From an uncultured Chloroflexia bacterium (GTDB taxonomy: Bacteria > Chloroflexota > Anaerolineae > B4-G1 > SLSP01): 64,000 nt of DNA. Position 1 is the stretch's first letter, and each line of letters opens with the position of its first letter. Shown in pieces: positions 20,101 through 30,763 of this stretch. The DNA lies in NCBI GenBank assembly GCA_963751345.1, contig CAVVUS010000044.1, positions 41,274 through 105,273 on the forward strand, in the 5' to 3' direction. The notes beneath the pieces were generated by a model. That model was not told the origin of the DNA and made no database searches. It saw nothing but the letters and a program-made list of their open reading frames with translations. The position numbers were made by a program, and so were the translations under genes.

Positions 20101-20199
20101 TGCTATATTTATCATACAAAACAGGGACGCACACGACGTGAGATTTCCTCCTTTTGGAGAGCCGGAGGCTTCGGGGGCAGCCTCCGGCTCTTCGCGTCT
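20101..20199 (+). ncRNA. Putative small RNA, copy 2 (with extended -10)
   Basis: TGcTATATT, then CAGGGACGC...TTCCTCCTT and hairpin GAGCCGGAGGC/GCCTCCGGCTC. Confidence 0.55.
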
Positions 20200-20428
20200 C
20201 CAGGCCCAGTGGCGCTAAGGCCGGGCGCCTTCAGCCAGCCCCTGGGCCCCGTGCAAAGCCTTCCTTCCGTTTCATTCTAGGTAGGGGACGAACTCAGGCG
20301 GTATCGTGACGTAGCCTTGCATCGAGTCGAAGGCATCTCCGGTGGCCATAGGATAGGGCTCCGCCAACCAGGGATGAATATCGGAGACTTACGCGTGAAG
20401 CCGGTATCCCGGCCCGTGACACCCCAGA

Positions 20429-22295
20429 TCAGTAGACGACATCCATTCCACAGGTATCCGGGTTGCCAGAGCACCGAAACCGAAGCTCGTACCGGTGCCC
20501 CTTGTCGTCGATCAGATAGAGCGGTTCCGCGTGCTGCAGCGCTGCCCCGGCTTGCGGACACCATCCGAGCTCTTCCTTGATGCAGTAACGGGTCGTCATA
20601 ACGACCCGCCCACGCATGTCGAGGCCCGATTCTGCGGCAGGCTCGATCTCGGTCACGCCGTGGCGACGATAGAAGTCCGCTGCTCTCTCATTCAGGACGT
20701 TGCCGCGGAACGTGAGTGTGCGTTCGGGGTAGGAGGCGTTGCTGGGCTCGGCGCGCCCTGCCATCACCGGCCGGTTAGTTTCACGGACAGCCGCCAGTCG
20801 CTCCAGCGCGTCGCGGCGCGCCTCGTTGAGTGCCGAGAAGCTGAGGAAACACGGCTCAGACCACGCAAGCGTGACGGACTCGCAGCGGTAGGGTGTGCCT
20901 CCGGTCTTCGCGAGTTGCTTCCGGGCGGTCTCCTCGGCTTGATCCGGCTTGCGGGCGATGACTTTTTCTCCGGCTAGCGACACTGTGGCGAGGTTGCCGT
21001 CCTCGTCCTCGACCTGCAGTCTCAGGCCGGTCGGCATTTCTCGCAAGGGTGAAATGCACTCCGATGGTGCGCTCAGGCCGTGCCTCCTCGATCTTGCGGA
21101 AGAAGTCGTGATCGTGGTTGCGATAGATGCGTAGGCCTGCGCGAATGCCGTCCATGGTGTTGGGCGTCACGATGAGCGCCTGCCCTCTGCGTTGGCTGCC
21201 GTTCACGAGCGTCCCGGCCAGCTTGGCATCGGCGCCGAAGAAGGCGAGGCCGTCTCCGTTGTGAAGCTCGACGTCGGTGTTCAGCCGGAAGTGTCGATCG
21301 TCAACCGCTGTCACAGACCCTATGAGTTCGCCCAGCATCTTGGGGGTCTCGATGGAGCCCGGCGATTCCTCTCGCCCGTGGAGGAAGTACGACGTGAAGC
21401 CTCGGTTGAAGGTCTTGTCGACGTCTGGCGACAACGCCCACCGGCTCATGCCCGACGAACTCCGGCGCAGGCCACGGCTCTGCATCTGGCGGTCGAGGGC
21501 CCGGCGATAGGCGCTGACGACATTGGTGACGTAGGCAGCGTCCTTGAGCCGCCCCTCGATCTTGAACGAGGACACGCCGGCATCGAGCATCTCGCCCAGG
21601 TCCTCCATCCGGTTCATATCGCGTAGTGATAGAAGATGGCGATCCCGGACCAGCACGTGTCCTTGGGCATCGGCGAGGTGATAGCTCCGCCGGCATGGTT
21701 GCGCGCAATCCCCGCGATTGCCGCTACGGCCGCCCACGGCGTAGCTCATATAGCATTGGCCGCTGTAGCTGACGCACAGCGCTCCGTGCACGAAGGCCTC
21801 CAGCTCGATGGACTCTGTCGCGTCGCGAATGGCCCGGATCTCATCAAGCGTCAGCTCGCGGGCGAGGATGGCGCGGCGAAAGCCGACTTGCTCCAGGAAC
21901 CGAACGCGCTCGGGCGTCGCGTTGTGCATTTGGGTGCTGGCGATAAGGGAGATGGGGGGCAGGTCGCATTCGAGCAAGCCGACGTCCTGGACGATGACGG
22001 CGTCGACGCCGATGCGGTGGAGATCGCGGATGAGTTCAACCGCCGCGGGTAGCTCGTCGTCGTAGAGCAGCGTGTTGACCGTGACGTACACTCGCGCCCA
22101 ATAGATGTGGGCGTAGGCGACCAGGGCCGCGATATCGTCGAGGTCGTTGCCCGCCCTGGTGCGGGCGCCAAAGCGCGGCGCGCCGATGTAGACGGCGTCG
22201 GCGCCCGCGTCGATGGCGGCTTTGCCGCAGACGAGGTCGCGGGCGGGCGCAAGAAGCTCAGTTGCCTACATCACTTGGTTCTCGGTACTCGTCAT
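20429..22295 (-). CDS. Peptidase U32 family RNA hydroxylation protein, RlhA-like long form (frame breaks near 22270 and 21045)
   Basis: ELLAPA, GADAVYIG, HGALCVSYSGQC, SGNRGDCAQPCR (Fe-S Cys), KIEGRLK; C-terminal extension in ORF 20429-21046. Confidence 0.87.
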
Positions 22296-22338
22296 TGATA
22301 GGGTGCATGCTATCAGGGGACGGGCGTGGGGTCAATGG

Positions 22339-23419
22339 TCAGTCCCCAAGGTTGACGGTCAGGCTCTCAGGCGTGAGCTTGTCCCACGCGCCGCGCTCAG
22401 GGCCAAGGTACCAGACACCGCCGTCGAGGGCGAGTAGGTAGGTTCCGTTGTACTTGTAGCGCGTCGTGCGTTGGAGCGCGGTGGTGTAGCCTTGCTCGCC
22501 ATCGGTAGCCCACCCGAGCCGGTCACGCACGCCGGGCTCGTCGCGCCAGACAAGGCCAAAGCCACGGATCGGCTGCTGCAGCCCCTCCGGCGGCTGAAGC
22601 TCCGGGTCGCGGTCGGGCATGCCCTCCTGCCAGCGGTCCTCGAAACGCGTCCACCTGGTGGTGATCCCCACATCGTCGAAAAGCACGTAGACCACGTCCT
22701 CGGCGCCAACCCACACCATCGTCCCGTGCTCGAAGTGCTGCTCCGCGGCCTCACTGATCAGGACAGGTGTAGGGACAGATGTCCTCCGGATCCGGGGCGA
22801 AGAACCAGGCGTCGGGGCACCGCAGGAGGACGGTGACTCCAGCATAGGCTGATCGGTTGTCATCGTCCCAGATGTAGAGCAGGAAGTCTACCCAGTTCCG
22901 ATCGGCCTGGGGTATCCGGTAGTCTGTGGATCCGTTCGGAGGCACGGGCAGCCCATCGGCAGGGAGCTGGCCACTTGCCATCAACTTGTAGAGTACCGCG
23001 CCGGTTGCTCCGGTGGTCTGCCACGTCAGTGTGATGTCGTCCCCGGGATCTGCAGTGTCGACGTCAGCGCGAAAGCTTCCGATTGTGGGCCCCGGAACCT
23101 CGGATGGGAGGGGCGTTGGCGTGGATGGGAGCACCGACCGTGTCGGGGTCGCCGTGGGCTTCGGTGTGGCAGTCCGACGTTGGGTGGGCCTCACCGTCGG
23201 GGACGGGGGCCGGCTCGTCGCTGTCGGGTGTGGCGTGGGAGTCGAGCTTGCGACGGCCGTCGGCTTGGGGTGCGATGTAGCCGACGGCGTGAGGTACGGT
23301 GTAGCAGGCGGATGGCGACAGCCGATCGTCAGGGCAAGGACTAGAGAGAACGGAGCCACGAGTGTACTCCAACGGCGCGCTGCCCGTTTCTGTGGAGACT
23401 GCGCCGGACGCTCGCTCAT
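22339..23419 (-). CDS. Pro/Thr-rich lipoprotein with a C-terminal 'QxFExGxMxW...PIRGFGLVW' domain (frameshift near 22775)
   Basis: Lipobox-like TIGC; PT linker; ORFs 22751-23419 and 22339-22863 join. Confidence 0.7.
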
Positions 23420-23462
23420 AGACCTCTCTCCGGCATTACCTCGGTGCGTGCCTCGGGTAGCC

Positions 23463-23990
23463 CTAGGTCCCGCGGCCGGCGTAGCTTCGCCCGATGGCCC
23501 ACGCCAGGATCTCAGGCTCGCGGGCTGCCGTCGTGCAGAGCCGGCAGGGGTCCGGTCGGATGCCTACGCGGCCGAGATCGAGGCGATCGGCGTCCCAACA
23601 AGTGCAGATCGTGACGTCGGGATGGTGCGTGCCGTCCGTGTGGTGCGCGCAGGCATAGGCAAGCACCTCGAAGTCCGCATCGTCCAGATCGATGAGGTGA
23701 CGCACAGTGGAGCGGGCCCAATCCGCGGCCCGCGCACCGTGCTGGGGGTCGTGGCCGTCGTTTTGGCGTCTGATGTCGTGGATGAAGGCGAATAGCTTGA
23801 TGACCCTGGGATTGGCTCCGGTGACTCCGGCAAGGCGGAGGCCGTTATCACGTACGCGTTGCCAATGGGCGAGGCCGTGGATGCCGTGCCAGTCGAGGGC
23901 GTAGACTTCGTGCAACGCTGCCCATAGCTTCTCCGGGATCAAGTCTCGACGCGTATCCGGCGATTGCCCCATCGGGGTCTCATCGGTCAC
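23463..23990 (-). CDS. HD-domain protein
   Basis: HGLAHW.RV, FIHD, DPQHG, CWDADRLDL. Promoter TTGACA-16-TAGACT at 24024-24051. Confidence 0.88.
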   Translation of the reverse strand: MTDETPMGQSPDTRRDLIPEKLWAALHEVYALDWHGIHGLAHWQRVRDNGLRLAGVTGANPRVIKLFAFIHDIRRQNDGHDPQHGARAADWARSTVRHLIDLDDADFEVLAYACAHHTDGTHHPDVTICTCWDADRLDLGRVGIRPDPCRLCTTAAREPEILAWAIGRSYAGRGT

Positions 23991-24119
23991 TCAACGTCTC
24001 CTTGGTTGTGGGTCTGTACTCCCAGTCTACCTGCGCCGTGTTGGCTGTCAAACATATGAGGCGCCACACTCTGTTGTCCCATCGAGTTCCCTTCGCTCGC
24101 CGCGTGTCCACGTACAGCA

Positions 24120-24161
24120 AGCCGGGCCCCCTGGAGTCGACAGACTCCGGGGGGCCCGGCT
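24120..24161 (-). terminator. Hairpin downstream of the EF-G paralog
   Basis: AGCCGGGCCCCCTGGAGTC / GACTCCGGGGGGCCCGGCT. Confidence 0.75.
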
Positions 24162-24182
24162 AGATATCAGATGCGAAGTGAC

Positions 24183-26291
24183 TTAGCTGACCGCCACGGC
24201 CTGTGCGAGACGTTCACGATTTGCCTCGATGACGCCCTGGGCCAGGTCGTCCGACAGCACCTCATACCGCTTGAACTCCAGGCTGAAGGTCCCGCGGCCC
24301 TGCGTGAGACTGCGCAGCTCGGTCGCGTAACCTCTGGCCTCGGCCAGAGGTACCTCACCATCCACGTTGCGGTAGTTGCCGCGCACGCGCATATCGTGCA
24401 TGATGCCACGGCGCCGTCCGATGTCGGCCACGACGCCACCGAGATGTTCCTCCGGAACGTTGATGTCGAGGCCCATAATCGGCTCCATCAAGGCTGGGGC
24501 TGCTTTCCGGATAGCCTCCTTGACGGCCATGCTCCCGGCGATCTCGAAGTCAATCGATGCCGAGTCGACCTCGTGGTAATCGCCATCCAGGAGTATGACC
24601 CGGATGTCGGTGACGGGGTATCCGGCGACGACGCCCTCCTCGAGGGCCCGGCGCACGCCCATCTCCACCGGTCGCACGAACTCGCGAGGCAGATCCGCAC
24701 CCGAGGACTGGTTTTCGAAGACCACGCCGCCTTCGTCATCGGCCATTGGCTCCACTCGCAGCTCAATCTTGGCGTAATGGCCATGGCCGCCCGACTGCTT
24801 CCGATAGGTCGTGACGACCTGTCCGGGGTGTTGCACAGTCTCCCGATACGAGACCTGGGGCAAGCTGACCTTTGGCGACAGTCCGAATTCCCTGCGGAGC
24901 CGCTCGACCGCGACTTCCAGGTGTAGCTCGCCCATGCCCGAAAGCGTGAGCTCGCTCGTCTCGGAGATCACCTTCCATATGAGCGTGGGGTCCTCATCGC
25001 AGAGCCGCCGCACAGCGGCGTAGAGCTTGTCCCTCTCATTGTTGGAGCTCGGCGCAAGCGCCACCGAGATGACGGGCTCCGGGAAATCGAACAACTCCAG
25101 AAGGATGGGATCACCCGGATCACAGAGCGTGTCTCCGGTGACTGCCGATTTCATCCCGACGAGGGCAACGACGTCGCTGGCTCCCATCGACTCGGCCTGC
25201 TCGCGATGATTGGCCTGCATCCGGTAGATTCGACCGACGCGCTCGTTCTCGCCCGTCCGCGGGTTGTAGATTACCTCGCCGGCTGCGACTTTGCCTGAGA
25301 AGACGCGCACCCATGTCAGGTGCCCGACGTAGGGATCGACCATAATCTTGAAGGCCGACGCGCAGAACGGCACGTCAAATGAGCTCGGCCGCTCAAGTAT
25401 CTCGTCCTCTGCGTTGGGGCGGTGACCCTTGGTCGGTGGCAGATCCACCGGCGACGGCAAGTAATCAACCACGGCATCCAGCAGCGGCTGAACGGCGATG
25501 CGCTGCTTGGAAGCACCACAGAGCACCGGAACGATCGTACCGTCGATGGTTGCCTTCCGCAAGGCCGCCTGAAGCGCAGCGTGGTCCGGCACGTCCCCGT
25601 CCAGGCGCTGCACCAACAGATCGTCGTCAGTCTCGCAGATGCTATCGATCAGGGCCTCGCGTGCGACCCGGACCTCATCGCGCATCTCGTCGGGAACCGA
25701 CGTGACAGTGAAGGCCCCGTCCTCCTCACCCCAGATCAGGGCCTGTTCGGTGAGCAGGTCGACGACGCCTCGGAACGTGTCCTCGATGCCGATCGGAAGC
25801 TGTATGGGCAGTGCACGCGGCGTGAGCCGCTCATGGATATCCCTAAGGACCCGGTCGAAGTCGGCGCCGGTGCGGTCGAGCTTGTTGACGTAGATAAGGC
25901 GCGAGAGCTTCTGGTGGTCTGCGTGTGCCCACACGGCCTCCGTCTGCGGCTCAACGCCGCCTACACCGCATAGGATCATCACCGCGCCATCGATGACGCG
26001 AATCGAGCGCACCACCTCGGCTGTGAAGTCGATGTGGCCCGGCGTATCGATCAGGTTGATGCGATGGTCGCGCCAATGACAAGCCGTCGCGGCCGACATA
26101 ATCGTGATGCCGCGCTCGCGCTCCTGATCCATCCAGTCGAGCTGGGTGTCACCGGCATCAATGTCGCCGGCTCGATGGATCCGGCCCGTATAGTACAGAA
26201 TCGCCTCCGACGTCGTCGTCTTCCCGGCGTCCACGTGGGCGAAAATGCCTATGATTCTTACGTCAGATATCGGTGCTTCTTTCCTCGCCAT
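24183..26291 (-). CDS. fusA: Elongation factor G paralog (stand-alone, outside the str operon)
   Basis: AHVDAGKTT, ERERGITI, DTPGHIDF, NKLD, GMGELHLE, KQSGGHGHY, LRSLTQGRG; no rpsL/rpsG/tuf neighbours. Confidence 0.93.
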   Translation of the reverse strand: MARKEAPISDVRIIGIFAHVDAGKTTTSEAILYYTGRIHRAGDIDAGDTQLDWMDQERERGITIMSAATACHWRDHRINLIDTPGHIDFTAEVVRSIRVIDGAVMILCGVGGVEPQTEAVWAHADHQKLSRLIYVNKLDRTGADFDRVLRDIHERLTPRALPIQLPIGIEDTFRGVVDLLTEQALIWGEEDGAFTVTSVPDEMRDEVRVAREALIDSICETDDDLLVQRLDGDVPDHAALQAALRKATIDGTIVPVLCGASKQRIAVQPLLDAVVDYLPSPVDLPPTKGHRPNAEDEILERPSSFDVPFCASAFKIMVDPYVGHLTWVRVFSGKVAAGEVIYNPRTGENERVGRIYRMQANHREQAESMGASDVVALVGMKSAVTGDTLCDPGDPILLELFDFPEPVISVALAPSSNNERDKLYAAVRRLCDEDPTLIWKVISETSELTLSGMGELHLEVAVERLRREFGLSPKVSLPQVSYRETVQHPGQVVTTYRKQSGGHGHYAKIELRVEPMADDEGGVVFENQSSGADLPREFVRPVEMGVRRALEEGVVAGYPVTDIRVILLDGDYHEVDSASIDFEIAGSMAVKEAIRKAAPALMEPIMGLDINVPEEHLGGVVADIGRRRGIMHDMRVRGNYRNVDGEVPLAEARGYATELRSLTQGRGTFSLEFKRYEVLSDDLAQGVIEANRERLAQAVAVS

Positions 26292-26479
26292 GTGTTACTC
26301 CTCAACCCCTCATTTCACAACATAAGCGGCGGTCAACGAAGCTTGGCCGCCGCCCGTTCAGTTCCCGCTTACACAATATCGTCGCCTAGCAGGCAGCAAA
26401 AGGACCTCGCCAAGGTACACGCGAGGCCCCACGCATAGTTAACGAGCCAACATTATAGCGTAACGGTGGGTTCTGTCAA
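26292..26479 (-). promoter_or_regulatory. Consensus promoter and structured 5' leader of the EF-G paralog
   Basis: TTGACA-16-TATAAT (26479-26452); terminator-like hairpin plus T4 (26430-26398); second hairpin (~26362-26335). Confidence 0.7.
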
Positions 26480-26510
26480 GTTTCCGACGCGATATTTCAC
26501 CGCTGCTGCA

Positions 26511-27486
26511 TTAGCCGGCAATCAGGCCTGCCTCCGCCACGCCCGGAGTCCGGGGTGGGGGCGCGAGCTCCTGTGCAGGTGCAGGCAGCCAGACGGAAAA
26601 AGTGGTGTTCGTATCAGCGCTTTCGAAAGTGATCTGGCCCCCGTGGGCGTTTACAATCCCCACGAGCGCTTCCACGCCGACGAGCCGCTCGGCTGCTGCG
26701 TTGGCATCAACGATGCGGCCCCTGGCATCCAGACACGACAACACCATCCTGGATGCCCTCCACGATCCGGTCGCGCGCGACCGGTACGAGATCGAAGAGC
26801 TGCAATCGGCTGAAGCTATAAGAGAGGATGAGACCGGTTAGCGCGAAGGCAACGGGCGACGGATCGCCGCTTCTGAAGAACTGAGGGTCCACCGCATAGA
26901 TTGCATTACAAATCACGGGCGGAAAGAGGCTGACCAGAATGGCAATGGACTGGCTGCGGTAGATATGCCTCAGTCGAATTGCATCTGTCGCGAGCAGAAC
27001 TGCAGCAATCGCGACCACCGTGTAGACGTGGACGGCCATGACCCACCACATCGCGCCGTGACCGTAGTCGAGCACACGATGGGTGCTGTCGCGGAAGGTG
27101 AGGCTCGACCATATCAGACCGTGGGAGCCATTGGTGAACGCAAGCACTAACGAGACTGCGGGCACCGACCAGAGCGCGAAAAGCGCTACGGGTGACTTGA
27201 GAAGACGATTGTGGCGCGTGAATGCAGAGGCAAAGTACAGTAGGAAGGGACCGCAGGTCAGCGTGCCGAGGTAGGCGACCTGCGACCAAAGGACCTTCAG
27301 TGGGATGGTGACAGCATTTGCCTCAAAGACGCAGGCTGTCGCCCACTCAGTAACAGCCAGCATCGTCAGGGCAAGCGCCAGTCCGCCGGGACGATCCCGG
27401 TGGCGGTAGGCGACCAGCGCGACTCTCAGCGCGACAATCGTCGCGACAGTCAGGCCGATGCCATACGGGGTAATCTGCCAATCCAT
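26511..27486 (-). pseudogene. HisKA_7TM sensor kinase with a large internal deletion
   Basis: 7TM N-terminus, FDLVPVARD, and the start of PAS (DARGRIVDANAAA) fused to the last strands of HATPase (GIVNAHGGQITFES...TTFSVWLP). Confidence 0.75.
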
Positions 27487-27626
27487 TGTGGTCGCTGTCC
27501 GATCCGGATCGTATGATAACCCAGTTGGTCGCAACCTCAAGGTGCCCGCGCTCCCAGATGCTTGACTCCCCCTAACATAGGTGCGCTCGAGTTCCCGCTT
27601 GCGGTTTCGCAGCGTCCCATAGGGGG

Positions 27627-27688
27627 TTGACACGGATTCGCAGGTGCGGTACAATCATTGTGATCGTAAAAAATATCTTTAGCGTTGC
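27627..27688 (+). promoter_or_regulatory. Promoter and probable operator of the ArsR-MFS operon
   Basis: TTGACA-17-TACAAT (27627-27655), followed by AT-rich dyad AAAA-ATAT-CTTT. Confidence 0.7.
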
Positions 27689-27702
27689 ATAGAAGGTGAA
27701 TC

Positions 27703-28395
27703 ATGACCGAGTCCGATATGGGACCAACCGATGGCGGCGCGTGGCGGCCCGCTCGAATGTTTGAAATCCGCGACCTGGAGACGCTCAAGGTCATCGCAGA
27801 TTCGCTGAGGACGCGCATCTTCGAACAACTGATCGAAGAACCCCGGACCGTCAAGGAGGTCGCGTCGCGACTGGGTCTCGCCCCCAGCCGTCTCTACTAT
27901 CACGTGTCGCTCCTTGAGGAATATGGCTTTATCCGCATCGTCGAGCAGCGCCTGGTCGGCAATCTGGTCGAGAAGGTCTACCGAGCCGTCGCTTCCGAGC
28001 TGGAGATAGCGCCCGAGCTGCTGTCGTTCGAGGCACCTGCTCGTATGGAGCGCATCAATATGCTGGCGATGTCGACGCTGGACGTCACCCGTGACGATCT
28101 GGCGCGTAGCCTGGAGGCGCGTGCTGTCGCCCTCGATGCCGGTGCGCCACAACGTCCGCGGTCGATTGTCGTGACCCGGGAGACCCATCGCATCCCAGAG
28201 TCGAAAGCCGACGAGTTTCGGGCCAAGCTGAAAGTGTTGTCCGACGAGTTCGACAGCTATACGGTCTCCGAGGCCGGGGACGACGAGGAAACGCATACGT
28301 ATGCATTCACGGTGGCGTTCTATCCTCACTTTGATTATCCCGGTGATGTGGATGAAGAGGGAGATGTGCCCGAAAGGTCGGAGGGCGAGCGATGA
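27703..28395 (+). CDS. ArsR-like winged-helix transcriptional regulator
   Basis: LKVIADSLRTRI, PRTVKEVA, LYYHVSLLE, VEKVYRA. Confidence 0.88.
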   Translation: MTESDMGPTDGGAWRPARMFEIRDLETLKVIADSLRTRIFEQLIEEPRTVKEVASRLGLAPSRLYYHVSLLEEYGFIRIVEQRLVGNLVEKVYRAVASELEIAPELLSFEAPARMERINMLAMSTLDVTRDDLARSLEARAVALDAGAPQRPRSIVVTRETHRIPESKADEFRAKLKVLSDEFDSYTVSEAGDDEETHTYAFTVAFYPHFDYPGDVDEEGDVPERSEGER

Positions 28396-29764
28396 GCCAA
28401 GTAGGGCAGGCGGTGTCACAGCGGCGAGACTCGGGTATGAAGTCCTTCTTCATCATCTGGGTGGGGCAGGTGATCTCGATCGTCGGGTCGGGGCTTACGG
28501 GGTTCGCCTTGGGCGTCTGGATGTTCGAGCGAACCGGCCAAGCGACGCCATTCGCCCTGACCGTCCTCTTTTCGAATTTGCCCGGGATCCTGCTGGCGCC
28601 GTTTGCGGGCTCGATCGCCGACCGGTGGAACCGGCGATGGTTGATGATCTTGTCCGACAGTGGCGACGCGTTGGTCACGCTCTGTGCCGTGATCCTGGTG
28701 GCCACAGGGCGTCTGGAGGTGTGGCACGTATACGCCATTGCTACCTTGAGCAGCGCGTTTGCTGCCTTCCAAGAGCCCGCCTATATGGCCTCCATCACGA
28801 TGCTGGTGCCCAAGGAGAACCTGAGCCGGGCGAACGGCCTGGTACAGACGGCCCAGGCTGTGCAGGTGTTGATCTCCCCGCTGCTCGCCGGCGCGTTGTT
28901 TGGCATTGTGGGGATGCGCGGTATCTTCGCGATCGACTTCGTAACCTACTTCTTCGCGGTCGGCGCTCTTTTCCTCGTGACGATTCCCCAGCCCAAGGGC
29001 TACAACAGACGAAGGGGAGGCCGAAGGTGGCACGTCGCGCAGTATCTTCTATGGTTGGCGGTATCTGCGGGCGAGGCCGGGCCTGTTCGGGTTGCTGCTC
29101 TACTTCGCACTCGTCAATTTCCTGCTCGCTTTCTCCTCGGTCTTGACGGGGCCGCTCGTGCTCTCGTTCAGCAACGCGGTCACGCTGGGCGCCGTCCAGA
29201 CTGCATCGGGCGTCGGCATGATGCTGGGGAGCGTGGCGATCAGCTCGTGGGGTGGGCCACGCCGGCGGGTCGTCGGCGTGGTGGGTGCCATCGCACTGGC
29301 GTCGGTGGGAATCGTGACGATGGGACTGCGTCCGTCGGGTGCGCTGGTGGGAGCGGGGATGGGGCTCTTCCTCTTCTGCATCCCGATTGCTTCGGGGTGC
29401 AGCCAGGCAATCTTCCAGTCGAAGGTCGCGCCCGGACGTACAGGGTCGCGTCTTCGCCGTGCGGAGCATGATCGCGCGGTCCATCTCGCCGATCGCCTAT
29501 CTTCTCGCCGGTCCCTTGGCCGACAAGGTCTTCCAGCCACTGATGTCAACCGGCAGTCTGCTTGCGGCAGGTCCGGTGGGGAAGATCGTCGGGACGGGAC
29601 CCGGGCGTGGAATCGGATTGCTCTTTGTGCTGTCGGGCCTCTCTATGATGACCGCGAGTGCAGGGGCCTGGACCAATCCGCGCATCCGTCACGTGGAGAC
29701 GGAGCTGCCGGACGCTAAGATCGAAGTGGAGGACAAGGCGCACGAAGTTGTCCTGAGCGCGTGA
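28392..29764 (+). CDS. MFS efflux transporter, DHA3/MefA-like (frameshifts near 29020 and 29435)
   Basis: FFIIWVGQVIS, GSIADRWNRR, QGRVFAV; three ORF pieces join. Confidence 0.87.
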
Positions 29765-29849
29765 TAGGGGTAGAATCCCACCGGTCTATATTATTCTGGG
29801 ACCGTGGATTTGATGGGCCATCACCCTCTCATTGCAGAAAGGACTTATC

Positions 29850-30725
29850 ATGATCCGCTTTGCCGTAGTGACGGACAGTACATCTAATCTATCACCGGGG
29901 TTGGCCGAGGAGGTGGGGATTGAGGTTATCCCTCTGACCGTACATTGGGGGGACGAATCATATCTGGATGGGGTGACGCAGGATGCGCCGACGTTTTATC
30001 GATGGCTGCGCCAGCGTAAGGACTTTCCCAAGACCTCTCAGCCCTCCGCAGGGGCCTTTATTGACTTCTTCCAGAAGGTCGCGGAGGAGAAGCAGACGGA
30101 CACGATTCTCGGCGTCTTCATCTCGGCCGATATGAGCGGGACGATGGCATCGGCAACCCAGGCCAAGGCTCACCTGGCGGAAGCGCGGCCGGACCTCAGG
30201 ATCGAGTTGGTGGACTCCCGCTCCGTGTCGATGGGACTCGGCCTGGTGGCGTTGGTGGCGCAGCGGGCAGCGGAGGCGGGGAAGTCCGTGGAGGAAGCCA
30301 TTCGCGAGGTGGAGCGCTGCAAGGAGAACCTTCATGTGATCTTCGCCGTGGACACGCTCGAATTCCTGCACCGCGGGGGACGGATAGGCGGGGCATCTCG
30401 GCTGCTGGGATCGGCGCTGAACCTGAAACCCGTGCTCACCATTGAGGATGGCCGTGTCGAACCGCTGGAGAAGGTGCGCAGCCGGGGAAAGTCGCTGCGG
30501 CGGGTGATCGAAATCGCCGAAGACCGGCTCGGCGGACAACGCCCAACGGAGCTTGCGATCATGCAGGCCGAGGCCGACGATGATCTGCCGCGATTCACCG
30601 AGATGATAGAGGAACGGCTCAAGCCCAAGCGACTTTACTCTCGCGTCCTCTCTCCCGTGGTCGGAACGCATGGCGGTCCCGGCACCCTGGGTTTCGCGTT
30701 CTATACCGCCGACGTAGAGGAGTAG
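29850..30725 (+). CDS. DegV/FakB fatty-acid-binding protein
   Basis: VTDST, PKTSQPS, MSGT, LHRGGRIG, LKPVL, VGTHGGPG. Confidence 0.93.
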   Translation: MIRFAVVTDSTSNLSPGLAEEVGIEVIPLTVHWGDESYLDGVTQDAPTFYRWLRQRKDFPKTSQPSAGAFIDFFQKVAEEKQTDTILGVFISADMSGTMASATQAKAHLAEARPDLRIELVDSRSVSMGLGLVALVAQRAAEAGKSVEEAIREVERCKENLHVIFAVDTLEFLHRGGRIGGASRLLGSALNLKPVLTIEDGRVEPLEKVRSRGKSLRRVIEIAEDRLGGQRPTELAIMQAEADDDLPRFTEMIEERLKPKRLYSRVLSPVVGTHGGPGTLGFAFYTADVEE

Positions 30726-30763
30726 AGCGTTTCCCAAATGTGGCAAGTAGGAGGACGAGATCC

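Noticed and set aside
22260-22295. In-frame TAG near the start of the U32 gene as pyrrolysine or read-through
   Set aside because: It lies in a non-conserved N-terminus, no pyl genes are seen, and restoring single dropped bases gives a normal ...RQLELLAPA
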